Assembly (NCBI GenBank): GCA_030390025.1
Contig: JASTWF010000034.1
Location: 3,720,001-3,784,000 of the forward strand
Length of the DNA stretch: 64,000 bases
DNA from: Squalus acanthias
Lineage: Eukaryota
Direction of reading: 5' to 3'
Each line of letters starts with the position of its first letter. Positions within the stretch are counted from its first letter, which is position 1. Positions 13,223 through 25,756 of the stretch are shown here, piece after piece. Both the position numbers and the translations under genes were made by a program. The notes beneath the pieces are model-generated. The model searched no databases and had not been told where the DNA came from. It worked only from the letters and a program-made list of their open reading frames with translations.

Positions 13223-14050
13223 TTAAGAACATAAGAATGTAAGAAATAGGAGCAGGAGTAGGCCATTCAGCCCCTTGAGCCTGCTCCGACATTCAATGAC
13301 ATCATGGCTGATTTTCTCCCTCAATTCCATTCACCGGCCTTATCTCGATATCCCTTGATTCCCTTAGTAGTCAGAAATCTATCGACCTCTGTTTTGAATA
13401 TTCCCAATAACTGAGCCTCCACAGCCCTCTGGGGTAGAGAATTCCAAAGATTCACCACCCTCTGTGTGAAGAAATGTCTTTAGTAGAGTTAGATAGATAT
13501 ATTTCTTAAGGCTAAAGGGATATGGGGAGAAAGCAGGGACAGGGTACTGAATTTGGATGATCAGCCATGATCGCATTGAATGGCGGAGCAGGCTCGAGCG
13601 GCCGAATGGCCTAATCCTGCTCCTATCTTCTATGTTTCTATGCTTCTCATCTCAGTCCTGAATGGCCTACCCTTTAACATAAGTCTGTGGCCCCTGGTTC
13701 TAGACTCCCCAGCCAAGGGAAAGATTCTCCCTGCATCCAACCTATCAAGCCCTGTAATATTTTTTTATGCTTCAATGAAATCCCCACTCATTCTTCTGAT
13801 TTGAAGAGAATACAGGCCAAGTTCACTCAATCTCTTCTCATGACAGTCCCGCCTTCCCTGGAATCAATCTCGTGAACCTTCGTTGCACTCCCTCTATGGC
13901 AAGTATATCCTTCCTTAGGTAAGGAGTCCAAAATTGTACAGAGTACTCCAGGTGTGGTCTCTCCAAGGCCTATATAAAGGGAGCAAGACTTCTTTACTCC
14001 TGTACTCAAATCCTCTTGTAATGAAGGCCAGCATACCATTTGCCTTCCTT
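13223..14050 (-). mobile_element. CR1 3' end, with a second CR1 3' stub (13,480-13,642, + strand) inserted antisense
   Basis: Tail aagaacataagaa at 13,225 and RT C-terminal remnants to 14,050. The inserted stub ends in ttctatgtttctatg. Confidence 0.8.
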
Positions 14051-14282
14051 GGGGTATGTAAGAGAGTGTTATAATCAGGAGTGTGGGGTATATCAGAGTG
14101 TTACAGTGAGGGTTGTGGTTTATATCAGAGTGTTATAGTGAGGGGTGTGGGGTATATCAGATTATTATAGTGATGGGTGTGGAGTACATCAGAGTGTTAC
14201 AGTGAGTGGTGTGGGGTATATCAGCGTATTGCAGTGAGGTGTGTGAGGTATATCAGTGGGTTACAGTGAGGGGAGTGGGGTA
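14051..14282 (+). repeat. 30-bp minisatellite
   Basis: Degenerate tandem units. Confidence 0.85.
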
Positions 14283-14530
14283 CAGCCCCACCAAACATTC
14301 CAAGGGCAGGGACAGTGGGTTAGATGCAGAGTAAAGATCCCTCTGCACTGTCCCACAAAACAGTCCCAGGGCAGGTACAGTGGGTTAGATACAGAGTAAA
14401 GCTCCCTCTACACTGCCCCACCAAACACTCCCAGGGCAGGTACAGTGGGTTAGATAGAGTAAAGTACCCTCTACACTGCCCCACCAAACACTCCCAGGGC
14501 AGGTACAGCACAGGTTAGGCACAGAGTAAA
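14283..14530 (-). repeat. 67-bp satellite (tacagagtaaagctccctctacactgtcccatcaaacactcccagggcaggtacagcacgggttaga-type)
   Basis: Three to four tandem units. Confidence 0.85.
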
Positions 14531-14855
14531 GTTCCCTCCAATTTGGTTCATCAACACAACCAACTCTGAAACATCATGTGTTCAATGCAGCGTACAGCTC
14601 CCTTGACACTACCCAATGAAGCACAACCAGCTCGGGTACAGCATGGGGTCAATACAGAATAAAGATCCCTCTACATGAAAGTGTCAAACACTCCCGGGTG
14701 AGGTACGGGCAAGGTTTATCTCCGAGTTAAGCTCCGCTCAACTTGCCACATCAAAGGCCGAGCCTGACGGCAGATGTTGAACAGCTCCCAGTATCTGGTT
14801 AGACTCTCACCTCGGCAGAATCCTGGACTGGTGGAATTCTCAGTAAAGTCCTCAC

Positions 14856-15302
14856 CTTTCCAATCATTGTTGAAGCTTCCCGTTTTATCCCGTCTCCGAC
14901 ACTGGGGGTCTCGATCCCACCAGATCTGCTCTGTGAACCCAGCGACATTTCTCCAGTCCCAGTGAGTGTGGCGATGATTCGACTTCTCTCTCTCCACCTT
15001 CCTGAGATATTGCTCACTCCCAGAGACTGTCAATACAAAAATGATTCATATTAATCCCAGATCCAGTACCTGGAATACAGTGGGACTGTTTTTGTGACTG
15101 GGATTGTATCTAATTTCATTATATTTGCAATTAATGTGTATTTGAATTACTTACATTAATATTAAATTGTTCCTTTCAGCCCTTTGCCCTGTTTATTGGG
15201 AGTAAACTCACCCCCAGTGTCAGCTGTCACTCCAGCTCCTCCCACACTGACATCCCACTGATGGGCCGTAACCAGGGGCGGGGCCCTGTCTCCAGGTGAC
15301 AT
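14856..15302 (-). other. Two-exon cassette, copy 1 (exon A 15,302-15,212; exon B 15,026-14,856, 171 nt)
   Basis: GG|GTGAGT donor, AT-rich intron, ttgacag acceptor, AAAG|GTGAGG donor. Product unknown. Confidence 0.55.
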
Positions 15303-15385
15303 CACACAGGGAGCCAATCAATCAAAGAGCAGCCTGGTAAACTGTTAAAGCGGCCAAGCCCCTCCCAATCCCCCCGGGGCAGGTA

Positions 15386-18300
15386 CATAACGAACATACG
15401 AATTAGGAGCAGGAGTCGGCCATTCGGCCCCTCAAGCCTGTTCCGCCATTCAATAAGATCATGGCTGATCTGATTTCTCCACATTCCCATCCAACACCCG
15501 ATAACCTTTCACCCCCTTGCTTATCAAGAATCTATCTACGTCCGCCTTAAAAATATTCAAAGACTCTGCTTCCACCGCCCTCTGAGGAAGAGAGTTCCAA
15601 AGACTCACGACCCTCTGAGAAAAAACATTCTCCTCATCTCTATCGAAAATGGGCGCTCCATTATTTTTAAACAGTAACCCCTCGTTCTAGATTCCCCCAC
15701 AAGAGGAAACATCCTCTCCGCATCCACCCTGTCAAGACCCCTCAGGATCTTATAGGTTTCAATCAAGTCACCTCTTACTCTTCTAAACTCCAGTGGATAC
15801 AAGCCTAGCCTGCCCAACCTTTCCTCATCAGACAACCCACCCATTCCAGGTATTAGTCTAGTAAACCTTCTCTGAACTGCTTCCAACGCATTTACATCCT
15901 TCTTTAAATAAGGAGACTAATACTGTACACAGTACTCCAGATGTGGTCTCACCAATGCCCTCTATAACTGAAGCATAAACTCCCTACTTTTGTATTTAAT
16001 TCTCCTCGCAATAAACGTTAACATTCTATTAGCTGTCCTAATTACTCGCAGTACCTGCATACTAACTTTTGTGATTCATGCACTAGGACACCCAGAACCC
16101 TCTGCATCTCAAAGCTCTGCAATCTCTCATCATTTAGATAGTATGCTTATTTTTTATTTTTCCTGCCAAAATGCACAATTGCACATTTTCACACATTATG
16201 CTCTGTTTGCCAGATCTTTGCCCACTCACTTAACCTATTCAGATACCTTTGTAGTCTCCATATGTCCTCTTCACAATTTACTTTCCTACCTATCTTTGTG
16301 TAATCAGCAAATTTAGCAACCATACCTTCGGTCCCTTCATCCAAGACATTTATATAAATTGTAAAATGTTGAGGCCCCAGCATTATCCCTGTGGCACACT
16401 ACACATTACATTTGCTAAGCAGAAAATGACCCATTTATGCCTACACTCTGTTTCCGGTTAGCTAGCCAATCTTCTATCCATGCCAATATGTTACCCCTAC
16501 ACCATGAGCTTTTATTTTCCGAAATAACCTTTGATGTGGCACCTATCAAATGCCTTCTGGAATTCTAAGTACAGTACATCCACCGGTTCCCCTTTATCCA
16601 CAGCACATGTTACTTCCTCAAAGAACTCCAATAAATTGGTTAAACATGATTTCCCTTTCTCAAAACCATGCTGACTCTGCCTGATTACCTTGAACTTTTA
16701 CAAGTGCTCTGCTGTAACGTCTTAAATAATAGTTTCTAGCATCTTCCCTAAGACAGGTGTTAAGCTAACTGGCCTGTAGTTTCCTGCTTTCTGTCTCCCT
16801 CCCTTTTTGAATAAAGGAGTTACAATCGCTATTTTCTAATCTAATGGAACCTTCCCCGAATCTAGGGAATTTTGGAAAATTAAAACCAACGCATCAACTA
16901 TCTCACTAGCTACTTCTTTTAAGACCCTAGGATGAAGTCCATCAGGACTCGGGGACTTGTCATCCCGCATCTCCAACAATTTCCTCAGTACTACTTCCAT
17001 GGTGATTGTAATTTCCCTGACTTCCTCCCTCCCTTCCATTTCCTGATTTACAGCTGTTTCTGGGATGTTACTTGTATCCTCTATAGTGAAGACCGATGCA
17101 AAATACCTGTTCAATTCAACTGCCATCTCCTTAATTTCCATTATTAATTCCCCAGAATCACTTTTTATAGGACCAACGCTCCCTTTGTGATCTCTTTTCT
17201 TTTTAGAATATCTATAGAAACTCTTACTATCTGTTTTTATATTTCTAGCTAGCTTTCTCTCGTACTCTAATTTTTCTCTCCTTATTAATCTTTTTGTAAT
17301 TCTTTGCTGTTTGTTTAGATTCTGTCCAATCTTCTGACCTGCCACCCATCTTTGCACAATTATATGCTTTATCTTTAAGTTTGATACTATCTTTAACATT
17401 TTTAGTTAACCACGGATGGTGGGTCCTCCCCTTGGAATTTTTCTTTCTCGTTGGAATGGATCTATTCTGTGTATTCTGAAATATCCCATTAAATGTCTGC
17501 CACTGCAGCTCTGTTGACCTATCGCTTACTCTAGTTTGCCAGTTCACTTTAGCTAGCTCTGCTATCATGCCCTCATAATTGCCCTTATTTAAGTTAAAAA
17601 AAAACTAGTCTTGGACCAAATCTTCTCTCCCTCAAACTGAATGTAAAATTCAATCATATTCTGATCGCTGCGACCTAGGGGCACCTTCACTATGTGGTCA
17701 TTAATTAATCTGATCTTGTTTCACAATACCAGGTCCATTATAGCCTGCTCTCTGGTTGGCTCCAGAACGTGCTGTTCTAAGAAACTGTCCCAAAAACATT
17801 CTATGAACTCTTCATCTAGGCTACCTTTGCCCATCTGATTTTTCCATCTATATGTAGATTAAAATCCCCCATGATTATTGCCGTACCTTTCTGACAAGCT
17901 CCCATTATTTCTTCCTTGATACTCCATCCTAACGTGTGGTTACTGTTAGGGGGCCTGTACACCACTTCCACAAGTGACTTCTTGCCTTCATCATTTCTCA
18001 TCTATACCCAAACCGCTTCTACATCCTGGTTTCCTGAACTGAAGTCATCCCTCTATTGCGCTAATACCATTATTAAAATTTACAGAGCCACCCCTCCACT
18101 TTTTCCTAAATATCATGTACCCTTCAATATTCAGGTCCCAATGTTTGTCATCCTGCAGCCATGTCTCTGTAATGGCTATCAGATTGTACTTATTTAATTC
18201 TATTTGCGCCATCAGTTCATCTGTTTTATTTCGAATGCTACGTGCATTCAGATACAGAGCCTACAGTTTCGTCCTTTTATTATTTTTGTAACTTTTAGCC

Positions 18301-18640
18301 TTATCTGTTGATTTACTCTTAGATTTGTACTCTCTATCCCTCCCCGTCACGGTCTGTTTATCATTTCTCATATTAATACCTTTCTCGCTTGTCTTGTTTC
18401 TACTCTTTGATTTACCACATCTTCCCAGATTTGATCCCTGGCACCCAATATTTAGTTGAAGGCCCTCTCTACCGCCCTAGTTATATGACTCGCCAGAACA
18501 CTGGTCCCAGCACGGTTCAGGTGAAGACCAACCCAACGGTACAGATCCCACTTTCCCCAGTACTGGTGCTAGTGCCCCAGGAAGTGAAACCAATTTCTCC
18601 CATACCAGTCTTTGAGTTACGCATTCATCTCTCTAATTTG
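15386..18640 (-). mobile_element. Decayed CR1 LINE (end of ORF1, APE, RT, tail with ttcgtatg units)
   Basis: Fragmented ORFs ([40 protein letters not shown]). Confidence 0.92.
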
Positions 18641-21392
18641 ATGGAACAGGGTAGAGGGAGCTTTACTCTGTGTCTAAACCGTGCTGTATCTGCTCTGAGA
18701 GTGTTTGATGGGTCTTTGTAGAGGGAGCTTTACTCTGTATCTAAACCGTGCTGTATCTGCCCTGGGAGTGGTTGATGGCTATTTGTAGAGGGAGCTTTAC
18801 TCTGTATCTAACCCCTGCTGTACCTGCCCTGGGAGTGTTTGATGGGTATGTGTAGAGGGAGCTTTACTCTGTATCTAACCCGGGCTGCATCTTCCTGGGA
18901 ATATTTGAAGGGACAGTGTAGAGGAAGCTTATATTTGCATCAATCCCTGTGCTGCACCTGCCCTGGGAGTGTTCGATAGGTCTTTGTAGAGGGAGCTTTA
19001 CTCTGTACCTAACCCGTGCGCTACCTGCCCTGCGAGTATTTAACGCGACAGTGGTGAGGGAGCTTTACTCTTTCAAAACAGTGCTGTACATGCCATGGGG
19101 CTGTTTGATGGCACAATGGAAAGGGAGCTTTACTCTGTATCCAACCCGGTCTGTACCTGCCCTGGAAATGTTTGATGTCAGTGTCCAGCAAGCTTTACTC
19201 TACATCTAAACTGTTCTGTAACTGCCCTGGCACTTTTTGATAGGACAGTGTAAAGGGAGCTTTACTCTGTACCTAACCCATGCACTACTTGCCCTGCGAG
19301 TGTTTGATGGGACAGTGTAGAGGGAGCTTTATTCGGTATCTAACGTGTGCTGTACCTACCCTGGGATTGTATGATGGGATTCTGTAGAGGTATCTTAAAT
19401 CTGCATCTAACCCGTCCTGTACCTGGCCTGGGAGTATTTGATGTGTCTTTGTAAAGGCAGCTTTACTCTGTACCGAACCCGTTCACTCTCTGCCCTGCGA
19501 CTGTTTGATGGGACAGTGAAGAGGGAGCTTTACTCTGTATCTAACCTGTGCTGCACCTGCCCTGGGAGTGTTCGATGGGACAGTGTAGAGGGAGCTTTAC
19601 TCTGTAACTAACCTATGCACTAACTGCCCAGCGGGTGTTTGATGGGACAGTGTAGAAGGAGCTTCACTCTGTATCTAACCTATGCTGTACCTGCCCTGGG
19701 AGTGTTTGATGCAACAGTTTAGAGGGAGCTTCATTCCATATCTAATCCATGCTGCACCTGCTCCGGGACTGTTTGATGGGACAGTTTAGAGGGAGCTCTA
19801 CTCTATATCTAACCATTGTTGTATCTGCCCTTGGTGTGTTTGATGGCACAATATATAGTGAGCTATACTCTGTATCTAACCCGTGCAGTACCTGGCCTGG
19901 GAGTGTTTGTTGGAACAGGATAGAGGGGTCTTTACTCTGTATCTAACCCGTGCTGTTCCAGACCTGGGAGTGTTTGATGTGGTAGTATACAGGGAGCTTT
20001 ACTCAGTACCTAACCCATGCACTAACTGCCCTGCGAGTGTTTGATGGGACAGTGCAGTGGGAGCTTTACTCTATATCTGACCATTGCTGTACTTGCCCTG
20101 GGAGTGTTTGATGGGATTCTGTAGAGGGATCTTTACTCTGCATCTAACCCGTGCTGTAACTGGCCTGAGAGTGTTTGATGCAACAGTGTAGAGGCAACCT
20201 TACTCTGTATCTTACCTGTGCTGTACCTGACCTGGGAGTGTTTGATGGGATAGTATAGAGGGAGCTTTTTTCGGTATTTAACCCGGGCTGTACTTGCCTA
20301 GGACAGTTAGATGGGACAGTGTAGAGGAAGCTTTACTCTGTATCTTACCCTGTGCTGTAGCTGCCCTGGGAGTGTGTGATGGGACCGTTTAGAATGAGAT
20401 TTACTCTGCAGCTAAACTGTGAAATACCTGCCCTGGCAGGTATTGAAACGACAGTGTAGAGGGAGCTTTACTCGGTTTCTAACCCGTGCTGTATCTGCCC
20501 TGGGAGTCATTGATGGGAAAGTGGAGAGGCAGATTTACTCTGTATCTTACCCTGTGCTGTACCTGACATGTGAGTGTTTGATGGGACTCTTCGCGGAGCT
20601 TTACACTGTATCTAACCCGTGCTGTACCTGCCCTGGAAATGTTTGATGGGACAGTGCAGAGGGAGCTTTACTCTGCATCTAACTCATGCTGCAGCTGCCT
20701 GGGAATGCTTGTTGGGACAGTGGTTTACTCTGTATGCAACCCGTGCTGTTCATGACCTGGGATTGTTGGATGACATAATGTGGAGGGAGCATTACTCTGT
20801 ATCTAACCCGTAATTTTATCTGCCCTGGGATTGTGTGTTGGGACAGTGTAGAGGAAGCTTCACTCTGTATCTAAACCTTGCTGTACCTGCCCTGGGAGTG
20901 CAAAAACGGGCAGTGTATTGTGCGTTTTACTCTGTATCTAACCCATGCTGTACCAAACCTGCGAGTGATTGATGGGACAGTATAGAGGGATCTTTACTCT
21001 GCATCTAACTCGTGCTGTAGCTGCCTGGGAATGCTTGCTGGCACAGTGTAGAGAGAGCTTTACTCTGTATGTAACCCGTGCTGTACCTGCCCTGGGAGTG
21101 TTTGATGGGATTGTGTAGAGGAAGCTTTGCTCTGTATCTAAACCTTGCTGTACCTGCCCTGCGAGTGTTTGATGGGATTGTGCAGAGGGCTCTTTACTCT
21201 GTATCTGAACCTTGCTGTACGTGCACTGGGAGTGCTTGACGGGCAGTGTATTGTGCGCTTTACTCTATATCGAACCCATGCTGGACCTAACCTGCGAGTG
21301 TTTGATGGGACATTGCAGAGGGATCTTTACTCTGTATCTAACAAATGCTGTACCTGCACTGGGACTGTTTGATGGGACAGTGTAGTGGGAGC
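18641..21392 (+). repeat. 67-bp satellite array (~40 diverged units)
   Basis: gagggagctttactctgtatctaacccgtgctgtacctgccctgggagtgtttgatgggacagtgta repeated. Confidence 0.93.
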
Positions 21393-21722
21393 CTTATAAC
21401 TCTTTATAACGTTAGAATCCTTAATAATCATTTACAGAAGGTGTATAACGGGTTATTAAGGATTATAATGATTTATAAAGGGTCATGTCCCTTTATCATA
21501 TTTTGCATCACTTTGTACCCCATTCAAATCCCTTTATAATCCTTTGTCAATCATTATAACACTTTATAAGCCTTTGTCGATCATTACAACCCTTTATATT
21601 CCTTAACAATTCATCATAACACTTTAAATTCTATTATCAACCTTTATATATCATTATAATACTTTATATTCATTTATAATAATTTATAACCCAGCATAAT
21701 CCTTTATAACCCTTTATAAAAC
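21393..21722. repeat. AT-rich low-complexity (tttataa-type) tract
   Basis: Repeated ctttataa/attataa motifs; mirrored at ~51,160-51,457. Confidence 0.75.
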
Positions 21723-22790
21723 GAACAGGATACAGCGTAGGGATAATGGGTAGGTACTCAAATTGGCAGGATGTGACTCCTGGTGTCCGGCAGGGCTGTG
21801 TTTTGGGGCCTCAGCTATTCACAATATTTATTAATGACTTAGGTGATGTCATAGAAAGTCAGATACCCAAATTTGCCGATGACACAAAGATAGGCAGCAT
21901 TGTAGGCAGTGCAGGTGAAACCATCAAATTACAAAGGGATATTGACAGATTAAGGGAATGGGCAAAACTATGACAAATGGATTTCAATGTAAGCAAATGT
22001 GAGTTCAATCACTTTGGACCCTAAAAGGATAGAACAGGTTACTTTCTAAATGGTGAAAAGCTAAAAAGAGTGGATGTCCAAAGAGACTTGGGGGGTCCAG
22101 GTACATAGATCATTAAAATGTCATGGACAGGTACAGAAAATAATCAAAAAGGCTAATGGAAAGCTGGTCTTTATATCTAAAGGACTAGATTACAAGAGGG
22201 TAGAAGTTATTCTGCAGCTATACAAAACCCTGGTTAGACCACACCTGGAGCACTGTGAGCAGTTCTGGGCACCACACCTTAGGAAGGATATATTGGCCTT
22301 GGAGGGAGTGAAGCACAGGTTTACCAGAATGATACCCAGACTTCAAGGGTTAAGTTACGAGGAGAGATTACACAAATTAGGGTACTATTCCCTAGAATTT
22401 AGAAGGTTAAGGGGTGATCTGAGCGAAGTTTTCAGGATATTAAGGGGAACAGATAGAGAAGATAGCGAGAAACTATTTCCATTGGTGGGGATACTAGGAC
22501 TGGAGGCACAGTCTAAGAATTAGAGGCAGTCCTTTCAGGAGTGAAATTAGGAAACACTTCGACACACAAAGTGGTAGAAATTTGGAACTCTCTTCCACAA
22601 ACGGAAGTGGATGCTAGATACATTGTTAATTTTAAATCAGAGATTTATTGCTTTTTGTTAACCAAAGGTATGAAGGGATATGGGCCAAAGTTCGGTTTAT
22701 GGAGTTAGATCGCAGATCAGTCAATGATCGCATTGAATGGGGCAACAGGCTCGAGGGGCTGAATGGCCGACTCCTCTTCCTATGTTCCTC
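21723..22790 (+). mobile_element. CR1 RT 3' fragment
   Basis: GVRQGCVLGP, FADDTK and [14 protein letters not shown] motifs, followed by a CR1-type 3' stem-loop region. Confidence 0.88.
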
Positions 22791-22889
22791 AGTGTAGGAT
22801 CCGTTGACTTGTTAGCCCTCCCCAAATGCATTACCTCACACTTCTCCGGATTGAATTCCATTTGCCACAATCTTCCTGCATGTAGCATG

Positions 22890-23400
22890 AGTTATACACA
22901 GAGTAAAGCACCCTTTACACTGCCCAATCAAACAGTCCAAGGGCAGGTACAGCACGGGTTAGATAGAGAGATACAGAGTAAAGCTCCCTTTACACTGCCC
23001 AATCAAACAGTCCAAGGGCAGGTACAGCACAGGTTAGATAGAGAGATACAATGTAAAGCTCACTTTACAATGCCCAATCAAACAGTCCAAGGGCAGGTAT
23101 AGCACCGGTTAGATAGAGAGATACAGAGTAAAGCTCCCTTTACACTGCCCAATCAAACAGTCCAAGGGCAGGTATAGCAAGCGTTAGACAGAGAGATACA
23201 GAGTAAAGCTCCCTTTACACTGCCGAATGAAACATTCCAAGGGCACGAACGGCACGGGTGAGATAGAGAGATACAGAGTAAAGCTCCCTTTACACTGCCT
23301 AATCAAACAGTCCAAGGGCAGGTACAACACGGGTTAGATAGAGAGTTACAGAGTAAACCTTCCTCTGCACTGTCCACTCAAACAGTCGCAGAGCAGGTAC
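22890..23400 (-). repeat. 75-bp variant of the 67-bp satellite (extra tagagaga)
   Basis: Period of 75 (e.g. tgccc at 22,921 and 22,996). Confidence 0.85.
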
Positions 23401-23710
23401 AGCGCGGGTGACATGCAAAGATCCCTCTAATACAGCATGTGCAGCGTACAGCTCCCTTGACACTACCCAATGAAGCACAACCAGCTCGGGTACAGCATGG
23501 GATGAATACAGAATAAAGATCTCACTACATGTAAGTGTCAAACACTCCCGAGTGATGTTCGGGCAAGGTTTATCTCCGAGTTAAGCTCCGCTCAACTTGC
23601 CACATCAAAGGCCGAGCCTGATGGCAGATGTTGACCAGCTCCCAGTATCTGGTTAGACTCTCACCTCAGCAAAATCCTGGACTGATGGGATTCTCAGTAA
23701 AGTTCCTCAC

Positions 23711-24143
23711 CTTTCCAATCATTGTTGAAGCTTCCCGTTTTATCCCGTCTCCGACACTGGGGTCTCGATCCCACCAGATCTGCTCTGTGAACCCAGCGAC
23801 ATTTCTCCAGTCCCAGTCAGTGAGGCGATGATTCGACTTCTCTCTCTCCACCTTCCTGAGATATTGCTCACTCCCAGAGACTGTGAATAGAAAAATGATT
23901 CATATTAATTCCAGAATACAGGGGGAGCATTTGTGACCATTATTATATTCAATTTGATTATTTTTGCAATTAATCAGTGTGTTTGAATTACTTACTTTAA
24001 TATTGAAGAGTTATTTTCTGTCCATTGCCCTGTTTATTGGGAGTAAACTCACCCCCAGTGTCAGCTGTCACTCCAGCTCCTCCCACACTGACATCCCACT
24101 GATGGGCCGAAACCAGGGGCCGGGCCCTGTCTCCAGGTGACAT
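23711..24143 (-). other. Two-exon cassette, copy 2 (exon A 24,143-24,053; exon B 23,880-23,711, 170 nt with a 1-nt deletion)
   Basis: Same splice signals as copy 1 (acceptor ttcacag). One C is missing from the C5 run. Confidence 0.5.
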
Positions 24144-24519
24144 CACACAGCAGCCAGGAATGATGTCACAAAGCGGCCGGAGCCCCTCCCACTCGAGGTG
24201 TCACAGGGTCACATTGACCAGGCTCTGCTCCTGGTGTGCAGTCTCACTGGGCATGAACACAGGGTATACAATCAGCCCCGTCTCCGGGAATGAACCTGGA
24301 TCCTGCCCTACATCTCTCCCGATGGTGTAAAATGGGTGGCTGATTCACAATCACCCGGTTTGTACTATAGCACCTACTAAACGTCAAACTCTGCCCCAGT
24401 ATTTCTTTCCTTCTCTACGTATCTGCTCCCTCACTGTCTCTCTCTCTCTCTCTCTCTCCACAGTGAGGGATGCGTCTGGGGTTGGGATCATACTGTGCGG
24501 AAAGGATCAGAATATCAGT

Positions 24520-25632
24520 TAGCCTCTCTTCCCGCTCCCACATCGTTACCTCTGTTGTCCCCCAAGGATCTCTCCTTGCCCCCGCTCCTATTTCTCATCT
24601 ACATGTTGCCCCTTGGTGACATCATCCAGAAACACAGCATCAATTTCCACAAGTACGCTGACGACACCCAGCTCTACCTCACTACCTCTTCTCTCGACCC
24701 CTCCACGGTGTCTAAATTGTCAGACTGCTTGACCGACATCCAGTTCTGGATGAGCAAAAGTTTCTCCAAGTAAATATTGGGAAGACCGAAGCCATTGTTT
24801 TCGGTCCCTGCCACCAACACCGTTCCCTATCCACAGACTCAATCCCTCTCCCTAACATCTGTCTGAGGCTGAACCACACTGTTCGCAACATTGGTGTCAT
24901 ATTTGACCCTGAAGTGAGCCTCCGACCACATATCCGCAGCATAACAAAGGCCGCCTACTTCCACCTCCGTAACATCGCCCGTCTCCGCCCTTGCCTCATC
25001 TCATCCGCTGCTGAAACCCTCATCCATGCCTTTGTTACTTCTAGACTTGACTATTCCAACGCACTCCTGGCTGGCCTCCCACATTCCACCCTATGTAAAC
25101 TTGAGGCCATCCAAAGCTCGGCTGCCCGTGTCCTAACTCGCACCAAGTCCCGTTCACCCATCTCCGCTGTGCTCGCTGACCTACACTGGCTCCCGGTTAA
25201 GCAGCACCTCGATTTCAAAATTCTCATCCTTGTTTTCAAATCCCTCCATGGCCTCGCCCCTTCCTATCACTAATCTCCTTCAGCCCCACAACCACCGCCC
25301 CCCCCGCCCCCCGAGATATCTGCGCTCCTCTAATTCTGCCCTCTTGAGCATCCCTGATTATAATCGCTCAACATTTGGTGGCCGTGCCTTCTGTTGCCTA
25401 GGCCCTAAATTCTGGACTTCACTGCCTAAACATTTCCGCCTCGCTACTTCCCTTTCCTCCTTGAAGACGCTCATTAAAACCTCCCACTTTGCCCAAGCTT
25501 TTAGTCACCTGTCCGAATTTATCCTGATGTGGCTCAATGTCAAAATTGTTTGTCTTAAAATACTCCTGTGAAGCGCCTTGGGACGTTTTACTACGTTAAA
25601 GGTGCTATTTAAATACAAGTTATTGTTGTTGT
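24520..25632 (+). mobile_element. L2 LINE 3' fragment
   Basis: YADDTQLY and HAFVTSRLDYSNALLAG...LHWLPV...FKIL motifs, ending in a ttgttgttgt tail. Confidence 0.9.
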
Positions 25633-25756
25633 ACATCTCTGGCTCTATAGAATCATAGAATGGTTACAGCACAGAAGGAGGCCTTACGGCCCATCGAGCC
25701 CGTGCCGGCTCTCTGCAAGAGCACTTCAGCAAGTCCCACTTATCCAATCCCCTTTT

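Noticed and set aside
18641..21392. CRISPR-like regular repeat
   Set aside because: Head-to-tail satellite with no unique spacers; eukaryotic context and no cas genes.
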